Of a stretch of DNA of 39,519 nucleotides, positions 12,543 to 24,854 are shown one piece after another. The stretch covers positions 103,711,547-103,751,065 of the forward strand of contig NC_068987.1 of assembly GCF_001194135.2 (NCBI RefSeq). Reading direction: 5' to 3'. This DNA comes from Octopus bimaculoides (lineage: Eukaryota). Under the pieces are notes generated by a model that saw only the letters and a program-made list of their open reading frames with translations, made no database searches and had not been told where the DNA came from. Position 1 is the first letter of the stretch. Every line of letters begins with the position of its first letter. The position numbers and the translations under genes are program-made.

Positions 12543-13218
12543 GATCTATGTATCTGCATGCTGGAGTCGGAAGTATAATGTTAACATAAGTTTGTGTGTG
12601 TATGCATCTAAGCGTGTATGTGTCTATGTATGTATGCACGCATATATCAATATGCATGCCATTTATACATGTGTTTTGTGTATGTATATGTATGTATACA
12701 TCTAATATAGTAAATGCGAAAACTAATTTCTGTGTGTCAGTGTGTGACACTTAGCCCCTTCTCTCTCACTATTCAATGACACTCCTACTATTCCTCATGA
12801 TGGGGTGAGAGTAATAGAAGGCATAGAGACGGTGAGGGCGGGCGTCTCAAACATAGAGAGAGAGAAAGAAAGAAAAAGAGAGGGAGAGAAAGAAATTAAA
12901 AGTAGTAGTGTTGATGGTGGCAGTGGGAGTAATAATAAAAGAGAGAGAAAGAGTGGGTATGTGAGAGAGAGAGAGAGGGAGATGATGTACAACTTTGTTT
13001 AATCATGTCTCTTTCACAGAAATTCCTCTCGCCAACATACTGAGCCCTATCATTTTTGTTTTGTTTCTTTTTTTGCTTTATTTATTACATATATATATAC
13101 ATACATACTCACAGATATATAAAAAAGATACACTTTAACTGAAATAAAGTTTCCCCAAAATTAAACATATCTAATATCATAAATGTGAATGTCAGTGTGT
13201 CACACTTTTTCAACTTTA

Positions 13219-13438
13219 ATAAATCGTTTCTACTGGAAGAAAAAGGCCTCAAATTTTGAGGGAAGCGATTAAGTCGATTACATTGATCCCAGTACGTAAC
13301 TGGTACTAATGTTATCGACCCCGAAAGGATGAAAGACAAAGATGACTTTGGCAGCATTCGAACTCAAAACCATAACGGCAGACGAAATACCGCTAACCAT
13401 TTCGCCTGACGTGCTAACGATCCTGCCGGCTCCCCGCC
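13219..13438 (-). mobile_element. SINE-A copy
   Basis: Same head, B-box, central domain and AGTAGAAA tail as 8647-8898. Confidence 0.85.
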
Positions 13439-13440
13439 AT

Positions 13441-13630
13441 AATATAATATAATATAATATAATATTATTAATATAATATAATATAATATAATATAATATA
13501 ATATAATATAATATAATATAATATAATATAATATAATATAATATAATATAATATAATATAGTATAATAAAATATAATATAATATAATATAATATAATGTA
13601 ATGTAATGTAATGTAATGTAATGTAATATA
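13441..13630. repeat. (ATAAT)n grading into (ATGTA)n pentanucleotide repeat
   Basis: Direct reading. Confidence 0.95.
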
Positions 13631-13857
13631 ACATAATATAGTATAATAAATATGAATGTCAGTGTGTCCACACTTTTTCAACTTTACTCCTAGAGGCCGT
13701 AGCCCAACACATCATACCATTTTGGAATCAGACTGACTCGGTGAGTAAATTAAAATCATTCCGGACCGAATCCGGACCCACAACCCTGAAATTTTGGATT
13801 CCTATGTTTTCATTAATGCGATTGTTTTCGGCGACTTTTTTTACATGATTTTTTTGC

Positions 13858-14001
13858 GACAAACTTGATCATCATTGGGATGTGACTCTGGAGGAAGCAA
13901 CTGCAACAAATTCTGCGAAGCAAGTCAGAAATTTGCTTGAAGATCTTCCCATTTAGGGTCAATTGCTTAAAAGCCACCCTATCGGGCGGCTTTTAAGCTA
14001 G
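13858..14001 (+). mobile_element. Helitron remnant: RepHel fragment joined to a 3' terminus
   Basis: 13858-13935 translates DKLDHHWDVTLEEATATNSAKQVRNL, resembling the Helitron DxHWDxTLxEA...S.xQLRxL motif. Hairpin GCTTAAAAGCC a CCC tatc GGG c GGCTTTTAAGC at 13965-13998 is followed by CTAG|T. The 5' end is not defined and may extend to ~13690. Confidence 0.75.
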
Positions 14002-14755
14002 TGTACATTTATGTATGTGAGTGTTTGTGTGTGTTTGTGTGTGTGAATACTATACTGTACTACAAAACAAGGCAATAAGATTTTAGCAAATAGTGTATGT
14101 GAAATACTTAACGCTTACTTGTCTTGGTCCTTGGACTGCGGCCAAGCTGGGGCACCAATCTCAAGGGCTTAGTCGAACAAATTGGCCTTTGTACTTCTTA
14201 TTTTTCTTCTTTCTTTTTAAGTCTGATTTATATCCCATCGGCTCTTTTGTCCAACAGATAAGTTACAGGGACGCAAACGAACCAGCACCAGAGGGAAACA
14301 AACACTCATGTATGTACATTCTACTTAAAGGCATTGTTTGTCTTTAAGGACTATGATAGAAAACACTTCCTCTATGGTTCTGGGCAGTGGAACCGTACCC
14401 GAAACCACGTGGTTATAAAGCAAGCTTCTTGACCACACAGCCATACCTGTGCCTGAATATATATATTTTTTTATTCATTTATTGGTTTCAGCCAAGTGGC
14501 TGCGGTCATGCTATACATATGTATGTATACACGTATATATGTGTGTGAGTGTGCATGTGGTATAGTGTACTAAAGGGTGTTTCTATAAAATTTAGCCAAT
14601 ATTTGCAAAATATAAAAGTATTTTACATGTACTTATTATATTTTTACATTATTGTATGTAGTTACTATATGTATTTTTCATATAGTAAATTTGTGAACAC
14701 ATAAAAACGGAATAGCCGAACTAGCTTCAATCCAGTATTGCAGTGTTATCAGTGA

Positions 14756-15012
14756 GTGGAGGTGTGTGGGTTAGTGGTTTGGGTATTGGACTCATGCTCG
14801 TAGGATGGCAGTTTCGGTTCCTGAATCGGGTGATGCGTTGTGTTCTTGAGCAAAAAGCTTTCTTTCACGTGGCTACAGTTCACTCGGCCGGCAAAAATGA
14901 GTAACTCTGTTACAGACCTGCATCTCGTCCAGGGAGGGAATATATACGCCAGGAAACCGGGAAGCCGGCCTTTATGTGTCGGTATAACTGAAGAAGGTAA
15001 TTTTGCCTTATC
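14756..15012 (+). mobile_element. tRNA-derived SINE family B, near full length
   Basis: Homologous to 2035-2192 and continues to a GAAGGTAATTTTGCCTT tail. Confidence 0.8.
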
Positions 15013-15260
15013 TTTTTTTCTATGTCATCAGTGACTATGTACGCTCTTTGGCTGTCCACTGAGATGCTGCTCTTAAATCCACCAACACTAGGGGCTTAAG
15101 TAAACTGAATGGATCCGTTTTTGTATATAAGGTATGAGAGGTAATTGGAACATGTTTGGTAATCTTCTATCATTTACCTGTCTCAGTTATTATGTTGGGG
15201 CACAGCTTTGGAGAACTGTTAGTTGAATAAATGGAACCCAGTACATACATACATACATAC

Positions 15261-15380
15261 GACGTACTTCTTTCAGTTTCCGTCTGCCAAATCTACTCGC
15301 AAGGCATTGGTCGGTCCGAGGTTATAGTAGAAGACACTTGGCCAAGGTGTCACGCAGTGGGACTGAACCTGGAACCATCT
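15261..15380 (-). mobile_element. CORE-like SINE (family C)
   Basis: Minus strand reads GGTTCAGTCCCACTGCGTGACACCTTGGCCAAGTGTCTTCTACTATA, with a CORE-like ACCTTGGGCAAGT motif. Other copies at 14358-14453 (-), 15753-15891 (+) and 24177-24294 (+). Confidence 0.75.
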
Positions 15381-16135
15381 TCTTATCACGCACCCACACT
15401 TGAGCCTATTTATTTAAATAAAACAACACTACTCTCGCAAAAGCCAATGCAATTTAGCAAAAGAATCTATGTACCTGTCAGGATAAGTCTTCTTATGAGA
15501 TTATAATAAGAATCTACCTTCAGCTTCGATACGGGACCGGACTCTTTAACATGCTTGCGTACATCATTTAATGTAGGGCTAAAGGAATTATTCCTAGAAA
15601 GAGACGGAATGGTCGCAATTGGCATACCTTTCATCATACATCTATTCGATCAGGATGGACTCTAGGCTAAACAAAAGCAAATGCTGTTCATAATGAAACT
15701 GTACACATTAAACTGCATAGGCGTAGATGGGACTGTTTTTATAAGCGCTGATGTGGTTGTGTGGGTAACAAGCTTGTTTCCTAGTCATGTGGTCTTGAGT
15801 TCAATCATACTGTGTAGCAACTTGGGCAAGCCTTTTTATCATAGCCGCGGGCTAACAGATGCCTTGTGAGTAGATTTGGTTGGAGAAAACTATGTGTTTG
15901 CGTGTGTGTATACAGACAGAGACAGAAAAATATGTACTGGGATACTGGGGTAGATTTGTTCGACTAGACCATTAATTGTTTAATCCATCACCCTAGCATA
16001 GTTGCAATACAGTGACTAGAACAAGCAAAATATAACACTTTATTTTTTCTCCGTCTTTTAACTATCCTACACTACTGTTACCATCTTACTAATTACAAGA
16101 CTTTTATAGCCATTTGAGGTTGGTTCGTGTACATT

Positions 16136-16348
16136 GGTTTCAAATTTTAACGCAAGTCCAGAAATTTCACAGACGGATTGAGTCTATTACATCGATCCCA
16201 GTGCTCAACTGGTACTTATTTTATCGATTCCGAAAGGATGAAAGGCAAAGTCAATCTCAGGAGAATTTGAACACAGAACGTGAGGAGGGCGAAATACTGC
16301 TAAGCATTTTTTTTCCCGGCACTGTACCGATTCTGCCAGCTCGCCGCT
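16136..16348 (-). mobile_element. SINE-A copy (AAAATTTGAAACC-type tail)
   Basis: Head, B-box and central domain are all recognisable. Confidence 0.85.
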
Positions 16349-16970
16349 TTTTTAATTAATATATATTGATGTTGCAGATACTCTGCGTGGATCATAACGA
16401 CCAGCTAGATCCTTTCTCTTCAGTTATATGCCTTAAATACATGAGAGCCAACACCTTCCCTGGATAAAGTGTTAGCTTAACTTCGAGTTTACTGCTGGCA
16501 CCTTGATGAAATAATTCATGCAGAAGTGATCTGTGCAAAAATATAACACAACAGTTGCAGCGCAATTACTTTAATGCAAAAGCCATAAGCTGGAGAAAAT
16601 ATCATACACTCTCTTTAACATCACCTTTGTGCCTAAGTGTATATGTAAATGTGCATATATGTATGTGTGCAGGTGATAATGTAGCTATGCACACGTTCGA
16701 GTAAGGATGTGTGTATTCGTTTATGTAGGTATATCTATATGTGTGTGTGTGTTCTCATATGTATATGTGTGTGTGTATGTATTTGTGTTTCCGGGTATAT
16801 ATACGTCACGAGTGTACATATGTGAACATGTATGTCTGTGAAAGCATGTATTTCTGTGCTTTTATCAGTATCTAAGCACGTGTGTGAATGCGTATGTGTG
16901 TGCGTGTATATATATATATATATACACACTCACACACGTATATATGTTTGTATGTATATATATATATATA

Positions 16971-17026
<56 letters not shown>

Positions 17027-18042
17027 CATATATATATATATATATATATGCAAACATACATATGCATGTGTGTGCATGTATGTGTATGTAAGTATTTACG
17101 TGTGTGGATTTGTGTGGATTTGTGTAGATATGTGTGTAAATATGGATGTATGTGTATATGCGTATTTGTACATAACCATGTATGTGTGGGAACGAAATCA
17201 CTATTGGTCATCGGAGTTTGACGTGCGATGTATTTCTTTCCTCTCTGGACAGATGGATGTTCTGGAAGCGATATTTTTCCATTCTTTAGTAAATTGAGTG
17301 GAAAAAATTGCTCAAGAGCGGGAAAGAATAATCTTCATAGAGCCGAAGGTTTTAAAGCTGTGTGTGATGCTGGGAATCATCGATAAAGAAAGGGAAAATG
17401 TTTGTTTGTTTGCTTGATTGGTTTTTACTATTATTATTTTTTTTCTCCTTCTAATAAGCGGATCTGTAAGAAAGAACGGGAAGTGGCGTAAAGTTATGAA
17501 GAAAGAAAAGAACGAGAAGTAGCAAGGTAAAGAATTGCGAAGTAGGAAAACGATAAGAAAATCTGAATGGCTCTGACTGAAGGATACATAACACCTGAAG
17601 AATTCGGAACGCGATATCTTGAAAATACAGAGACGACTAGTAAATAGAAATAAATAAATACATGTGTGGTCAGGTTTTTAGGAAGGTGGATGAAAGTTTG
17701 GAAGTAGTTAAATCGTGGTCAACGATTAAGAGAATGAGACTTAAGGCTTGAGACCGAATTATAGATCTCTGAAGCTCAATATCAGGCTCTCAGAACTACC
17801 AATATAATACCACTGAATCTCAGTAGTGTGGTGAGATGTGAGAAAGGTGAGAACGTAGCAGATATAGCAACTAGAGATAGTAAATTGATTGTTAAGAATA
17901 TAAGAAACAATAGAGTAACGCTGTAAAAATTGTTCACAGGGAATTGTAGAAGAGCAGAGAAATAATATAAATGCTAGCATTCTCTTCTAACTGAGTGCAA
18001 CATCCTCAAATTTATTTTGTGGCCTCAATAGCTGCTGCTACT

Positions 18043-18881
18043 AAAGCGGTGAGCTGGCAGAAACGTTAGCACGCCGGGCGAAATGCTTAGCGGTATTTCG
18101 TCTGGCGTTACGTTGTGAGTTCAAATTCCGCCGAGGTCGACTTTGCCTTTCATCCTTTCGGAGTCGATAAATTAAGTATCAGTTACGCACTGGGGTCGAT
18201 GTAATCAACTTAATCCCTTTGTCTGTCCTTGTTTATCCCCTCTATGTTTAGCCCCTTGTGGGCAATAGAGAAATAAGAAACGTTAGCACGCCAGGCGAAA
18301 TGCTTGGCAGTATTTCGTCTGTCTTTACACTCTGAGTTCAAATTCCGCCAAGGTGGACTTTGCCTTTCATCCTTTCGCGGTCGATAAATTAAGTACCGGT
18401 TGCGTACTGGGATTGATCTAATCGGCAGCCCCACCCCTCCCCCAAAATTTTGGGCCTTGCTCCTAGAGTAGAAAGGAATCGTTACCGCACCGGAAAAATG
18501 CTTAGCAATATTTCTTCGAATTGAAATACCGCCGGGGCCAACGTTGCCTTTCATCCGTTCGCAGTCGATAAAGTAAGTACCAGTTGAACACTGGGGTCGA
18601 TGTAATCGAATTACCCCCTCTCCCGAAATTGCTGGCCCTATGCTAAAATTTGAAATCGATATATACTGCTATTAAGGCGGTGAGATGACAGACTCATTAG
18701 CACGCCGGGCAAAATGCCTATCGGCATACCATCCGACTTCACGTTCTGAGTTCAAATTCAGCCGAAGGTGACTTTGCCTTTCGTTCTTTCGCAGTCGATA
18801 AAATAAGTACCAGTTGAACACTATAATCGATGTAATCGACCGACCCCTTCCCTCGAAACTGCTTGTGCTAAAATTTGAAAC
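18043..18881 (+). mobile_element. Four head-to-tail SINE-A units
   Basis: Units at ~18043-18275, 18276-18479, 18478-18660 and 18674-18881. Each has the CCTTTC...GTCGATAAA.TAAGTA central domain, and three different tail types are present. Confidence 0.9.
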
Positions 18882-19244
18882 TTAATATCTACTGCGATCA
18901 TTTATAAGAAAATAGAAGACCATGTGACAGAAAGAACCTTCTATTTGGTCGCTTGAGCTGCCACAAATAACAGTCAAATCTTCCACAACCCAAATTCTAC
19001 CGTCTTTAACACATTAAATAATGTACTCAAAAAACACTCTAACAGAATAGAAGATGCGACTAGGATGTTTCTGATTATTCGAGGTGCATTCCAAAAGTTT
19101 TGAGACTTTTATATGAGAGGCAGTCATAACTGCCCCAGATTATTTCAATACCTCTAATAAGATGATCCACCGTTTTTTAGATGATGGAGACAGCTGTAAC
19201 ATCACTTTGAACACACCCTACTAAACACTGCTTGACACACCTGA

Positions 19245-19496
19245 CTAATCGACTAGACCCTTCCTCCAAAATTTCAGGCTTTGTGTCACTAGTAGAAGGG
19301 ATTATTATGAAGGCTGTGCGCTGACAGAATCGTTAACACGCAGGGCAAAATGCTTGGCGGCATTTCGTCCCTTCTTGCGTTCCAAGTTCAAATTCCACTG
19401 AGGCTGACTTTGCGTTTCATCCCTTCGAGATCGATAAAATAAGTACAAGTTGAGTACTGGGGATCGTTCAGGCTTTGTGCCTCCAGTAGAAAGGAT
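19245..19496 (+). mobile_element. SINE-A tail fragment followed by a SINE-A copy
   Basis: Tail ...AGTAGAAGGGATTATTAT at 19245-19308, then a head at 19310, B-box AAGTTCAAATTCC and an AGTAGAAAGGATT tail. Confidence 0.85.
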
Positions 19497-20472
19497 TTTT
19501 ATTTCCTTTTTATCTCAGGTCTTGTTGGAGCTCCTGGAATCTTGCATGCGTAACAGGCTTGCTGCCTGCAGCCTACGGTACCACGCTATCTATTCTTTTC
19601 AACTATCTACTATTTCCCTATTTTTTCTGGCCCTGCTAAGGAGGCAAACCTTTTGTAACAGTTCTACTGGGCACTATATTCCGATTTCTTTTATATTCTT
19701 CTTGATGCCTTCTGATACTGTCCCCAAGGACCCAACAATAATTGGCACCATTTTCACTTTCTTTACTTTTCATAGCCGAGCTATTTCGTACTCAAAAAGG
19801 TTGTATTCACCTATTTTTTTCGCCTTCCTTCTTGACTATTCGTGGGTCAAAGGAGTATGCACATGTGGTTCATCTTGACACCACCACTAGGTCCGGTCTA
19901 GCACCTGATCTGTTTGGATTTGGAAATACCAGAGCATTTTGCAAGTCTTCGACTCTGCCCCTCTCTGCAGTGTGTGCTCATACCACGTCTTGCCTCTCGC
20001 TAGCCCTCACTTTTCCCACAGTTTCCAATGTAGCACTTTCGCTACCTGATCGTGTTGCTACAACTTGTAATGATTTTGGACAAGTCTTGAGCATTCGCTC
20101 GTGATATGGGCAATTGTTTCGTCCACTCGGTTACAGATGCGGCTCAGCAGAGATACTTGCTCATTCCTAAGGTAAACCCTCCAGTTCATAGCTAATGCTT
20201 GGTCTTGCAGTGCCAGTATACTGCTCTCAACCTGCTTTTTACAGTATTCCTTTCTTCAGCCAATCCTACTTATATTTTCCAGCAACTTCTTTTGGGGTCC
20301 TATGGAATTGATTGTGTAGTCCCTTGTTGCGTAATGCTTCTCCATGTCCGTTTTGTACTTCTTCCTTTGCTTTCCTTTTATTCTCTGCTTTCAATACTCC
20401 CTCATTCCTAACTGACACGAGCAAAGTTTTCTTACTTTGAGGTAGGTATCTCATTATGCTTTCGAGTTCGAT
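19497..20472 (-). mobile_element. 5'-truncated non-LTR retrotransposon with restriction-like endonuclease, R4/Dong-like (copy A, decayed)
   Basis: Translates KGLHNQFHR, DWLKKG, ILALQDQAL, LSRICNRVDETIAHITSEC (CCHC knuckle), QHDQVAKVLHW, WYEH, IQTDQV, RPDLVVV, MVPIIVGSLGTV and LLQKVCLLSRAR, with stops and frameshifts. Confidence 0.9.
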
Positions 20473-20491
20473 ATCATCATCATCATCATCA

Positions 20492-20541
<50 letters not shown>

Positions 20542-21090
20542 GAGCGAGAGAGCAATGCGTGCCATCAAAGTGACACTAGGATACAGACATACAAAGCTAG
20601 TATACCCATCATAACTACGCGTCTGAAAAGGGTACATCAGGCACATGCATCACAACTAAATGTGCGCGACATGGTGATCTCATATCAAGATAAACAGCAC
20701 ATGATCTTACAGTGGAGCCCAATTAGAATTTTCTTCATGTCGAGTGGCCCATCCAGCTCAAAAGGTCCCTGAATAAAGATTGTTTAAGGATGTTGAAAGA
20801 AACACACATCTTTCCATAGTTGACTTATTCAAGCCCCAAAGAATTCCTTTCAATACATGTCTATGATGCTTCTTCACTACTTCTGCTCGTGATCAGAGAT
20901 ACACATATCGTCAGCCGCTTAGGCTCATGCTCAACTGATTAAGGTCAAACAATTGACCAGTAGATCTGTGGTATTGAGCAAAATATTTGCGGTAGCATAT
21001 CTTTTACACAAAGACAAAACAGGATAACACTTCCAGTCAGTTAAGCTCAGAAGCCATGAGAGTCAGTGCCTGTAACAACATTAAGGCATC
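20542..21090 (-). mobile_element. Unclassified ~550-bp non-coding element ending in (AAT)n
   Basis: Complex sequence with sharp boundaries between two (TAT)n tracts. The minus strand ends ...GCTCTCTCGCTC(AAT)n. No tRNA boxes or convincing ORF are visible. Confidence 0.55.
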
Positions 21091-21326
21091 TATTATTATT
21101 ATTGTTCAGTAGTTTTATTTTTATAACGTGCTTTCACTTCACTACCGAGCGCAGCTCTGTGTGCCTTGGGTATGTGCTGTGGTTTGCTGTGGTGCTCTTA
21201 TGGTTATGTATTGAAAGTGTTTTGCGTAGAATGTGTGCAGTACCCAGTAGTGCAATTTTCTGTATGTTATATATATTTGTAAGTCCTGGTGTTTTTGTTA
21301 TGTATTTGTCTGAATATTTTTTTTTT
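21091..21326 (-). mobile_element. 3' end of a second R4/Dong-like family (copy B)
   Basis: Translates IYNIQKIALLGTAHILRKTLSI (the LQKxxLLGTAxIxRxxL C-terminus), then a short 3' UTR and AATAATAAT. Confidence 0.8.
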
Positions 21327-21327
21327 A

Positions 21328-21381
<54 letters not shown>

Positions 21382-21384
<3 letters not shown>

Positions 21385-21544
21385 GGTATTTCCTCCGTCG
21401 TTATGTTCTGAGTTCAAATTGCGCCGAGGTCGACTTTGCCCTTCAGAGTCGATTAAATAAGTACCAGTTGAGTACAAGTTCGATGTAATAGAATTAGCCC
21501 ACTACCCTGAAACTGTTGGCCTAGTGCCAAAATTTGAAACCATT
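21382..21544 (+). mobile_element. 5'-truncated SINE-A following a (TAT)n tract
   Basis: GAGTTCAAATT B-box, central domain, and GGCCTAGTGCCAAAATTTGAAACCATT tail. Confidence 0.85.
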
Positions 21545-22789
21545 TTCTTTTCTTCTTTTTATCGGAGAAAGTTTAGTGACTTTCTCTAAGTCACTAAGAG
21601 GCCGAGAGCTTCGTGCATGGCGAAAATTTCGTGCTTTGAATTTTATTTATTGTCTGTAATCTATTAATTCTACAGACACACACCATACATATACATACAT
21701 ACCTACATACATACACACACACACATAAACATACATATACTCATATATATATATATATATATATATANNNNNNNNNNNNNNNNNNNNNNNNNNNNNNNNN
21801 NNNNNNNNNNNNNNNNNNNNNNNNNNNNNNNNNNNNNNNNNNNNNNNNNNNNNNNNNNNNNNNNNNNNNNNNNNNNNNNNNNNNNNNNNNNNNNNNNNNN
21901 NNNNNNNNNNNNNNNNNNNNNNNNNNNNNNNNNNNNNNNNNNNNNNNNNNNNNNNNNNNNNNNNNNNNNNNNNNNNNNNNNNNNNNNNNNNNNNNNNNNN
22001 NNNNNNNNNNNNNNNNNNNNNNNNNNNNNNNNNNNNNNNNNNNNNNNNNNNNNNNNNNNNNNNNNNNNNNNNNNNNNNNNATATATATATATATATACAC
22101 GTACAGACATGTATTTTTGCGCCTGTCTGTGTACGTGTATAAAGGCACACATATATAACCCTGCTCATTTTTGTATCGGTAGATTTCCACATATGAGTAC
22201 TGAAGTATATCAAACGAATAAATGTATACATATGTGTCTGAATATTTGTGTGTCCGTGTGTATAAATGCGCGTGTCTATGTGCGTTTGTATGTTATATAC
22301 ACATATAAATCATCTTTTTAGATTTGTGTTGATAAGAAAGTTTTCCAAAGGATTGGTTTAAACAAAATAAAAATGAAAATTTTTGAAAACAGAACTTCAA
22401 AAAAAAATAATAATAATTTAAAAAATAAATACCGAAATAAAGTAAAACGTAGAAGAAAAATAATTCTGCAAAATATTTTTTCCGGTGGCGAGAGGTGAAG
22501 TTCATTATTGCTTCTTATATTATTTGGTGTTAAAGGAAAGGGATGGTAGACACGAGACAAGGGAGGTAAGTATATCGCGTCTTGCGGCTCTGTAAAAGAG
22601 ACAACAGGAAGGCGAGGTGCTGGGTATATATGTTCATTTATTTTTTTTTTACGTATATATATATATATATATATATAAATATATATGTATTTGCTGTTCT
22701 TTTCAATGGTTTCGAAAATATTTATGTTTAGATTTAATGGGTTGGATTAAACAATTGTTTCGATTATTAAGAAGGCGTGGTGGGTCTTA

Positions 22790-23260
<471 letters not shown>

Positions 23261-24176
23261 TTTCGATTTTACTGATCAATAGTCGCATGATATATATATT
23301 TTTTATCTTTATATATTTTATCTTTATATATTTTATCTTTATATATTTTTTATCTTTATATATTTATCTATTCTCTTGTATGTATTTGCTGGGCATATAT
23401 TGTGATTTCATGTTGTTTCATCTTTTTCAAATTTTTATTATTTTCTTGTATGTTTTGACGTATATATTTCTTTTTTAATAAAAAAAAAACTCTTAGGAAT
23501 CAGGATATATCGCATACAGACACAAACACACACACATTCAAACACACGCAAACAAACACTCACACACTCACTCATGCACGAGTATACAACTGCATGCACA
23601 TATACATTCTAATAACTTGCATACAAACGCACTCATTGAGACACTCCTGGATAATATATGCGTGTGAGTGTGTGTATACATACGCTATATACATACATAC
23701 ATATATATATATATATGTATATACGTATTTATGTATGCGTGTGTCTGCTTTAAACGATGCATTCCGTATACCAATCAACTAACAAATAGTTGCTCATAAT
23801 ACATAAGGTTATAAAGTTTAAAACCCTAGGACGGGAAAAAGAGAAACTTTTTGCGGGAATCGAACTGCGCATCGATTGTCTCTCCGGCAATCATGACCGT
23901 CAGAATATAGTTATACTGAAGTAATTTTCCGTCTTTCATCTCTCCTATTTTCACACTTTAATCGTACGAGAGAGATTAACATGGCTGTTTACACTTAGAA
24001 CGTAACAGAACAAACAGATAAAATATTAAAACATGTCTTCTATAAAGATGTCATTTGAATACCAAACAATTCTCTATGTGTGTGAGTGTGAGTGTGTGTG
24101 TGTGTGTGTGTGTCTTCTGTATATTTGTGCGTGTATGTGTATTACGCACATGCACTATGCATAGTCAATCGCAACA

Positions 24177-24370
24177 GTATGGTAAAAAGTTTGTTTCTTA
24201 ACCACATGGATCTCGGTTCAGTCCCACTGCGTGGCACCTCGGGCACGCGTCTTCTGCTATAGCCTCAGACCGACCAAAGCTTTGTGAGTGGATTACGAAA
24301 GGCAAAGTCAAGGCCGACTTTGCCTTTCATCCTCTCGGGGTCGATAAATTAAGTACCAGTTATGCACTGG
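24177..24370 (+). mobile_element. CORE-like SINE C fused to a SINE-A central-domain fragment
   Basis: SINE C sequence runs to ~24294, followed by GACTTTGCCTTTCATCCTCTCGGGGTCGATAAATTAAGTACCAG. Confidence 0.75.
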
Positions 24371-24428
<58 letters not shown>

Positions 24429-24854
24429 CAGAAAGATAGATAGATAGACAAACAGGTAGGATAGATAAATAGACAGAAAGACAAGCAGGCAGGCAGGCAG
24501 GCAGGCAGGTATCCTTTCCACTCGATCTACTTGTAACAATAGCAAAATTTCTCTAAGCACTTCAGCGTTTTATAAAAGGACATTTGATCCCTAAATATGC
24601 AGAGAAGATGTGATGGGTACAAGTGGGTTGATTTTGATATGTGCGTTAGATCGGAGCTAACATGAGACTCAGCATCTAACAATAAACTGCAATAAAATAA
24701 CACACAACAATTCACGCTCTCACGACAGAACAACCTGACAATACAACGGTACAAGATGCAGATGAAGGTGTGCATGTGTGTATGTGTGTATGTGTGTATG
24801 TGTGTGTGTGAACAGTTGTGTTCTGTATGATTGCTCTGTGTACGTTTGCATTCA

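Noticed and set aside
17440-18000. Purine-rich, coding-looking stretch
   Set aside because: All plus-strand frames contain multiple stops and no motif is recognisable. It may be a very old element but cannot be assigned.
19084-19110. Mariner TIR-like word CGAGGTGCATTCCAAAAGT, with a similar hint near 14570
   Set aside because: No matching opposite terminus or transposase remnant was found.
20878-20916. Minus-strand CTGACGA...GAAG inside the 550-bp element
   Set aside because: GAAG instead of GAAA, and no closing stem II or stem I can be drawn.
21573-21597. Perfect 10-bp hairpin TTAGTGACTT/AAGTCACTAA
   Set aside because: Isolated and short, with no associated element; compatible with chance or a local template switch.
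22536-22565. Possible 30-nt microexon (AG|...GAG|GTAAGT)
   Set aside because: The donor is strong but the acceptor is weak, and no other exon in the window links to it.
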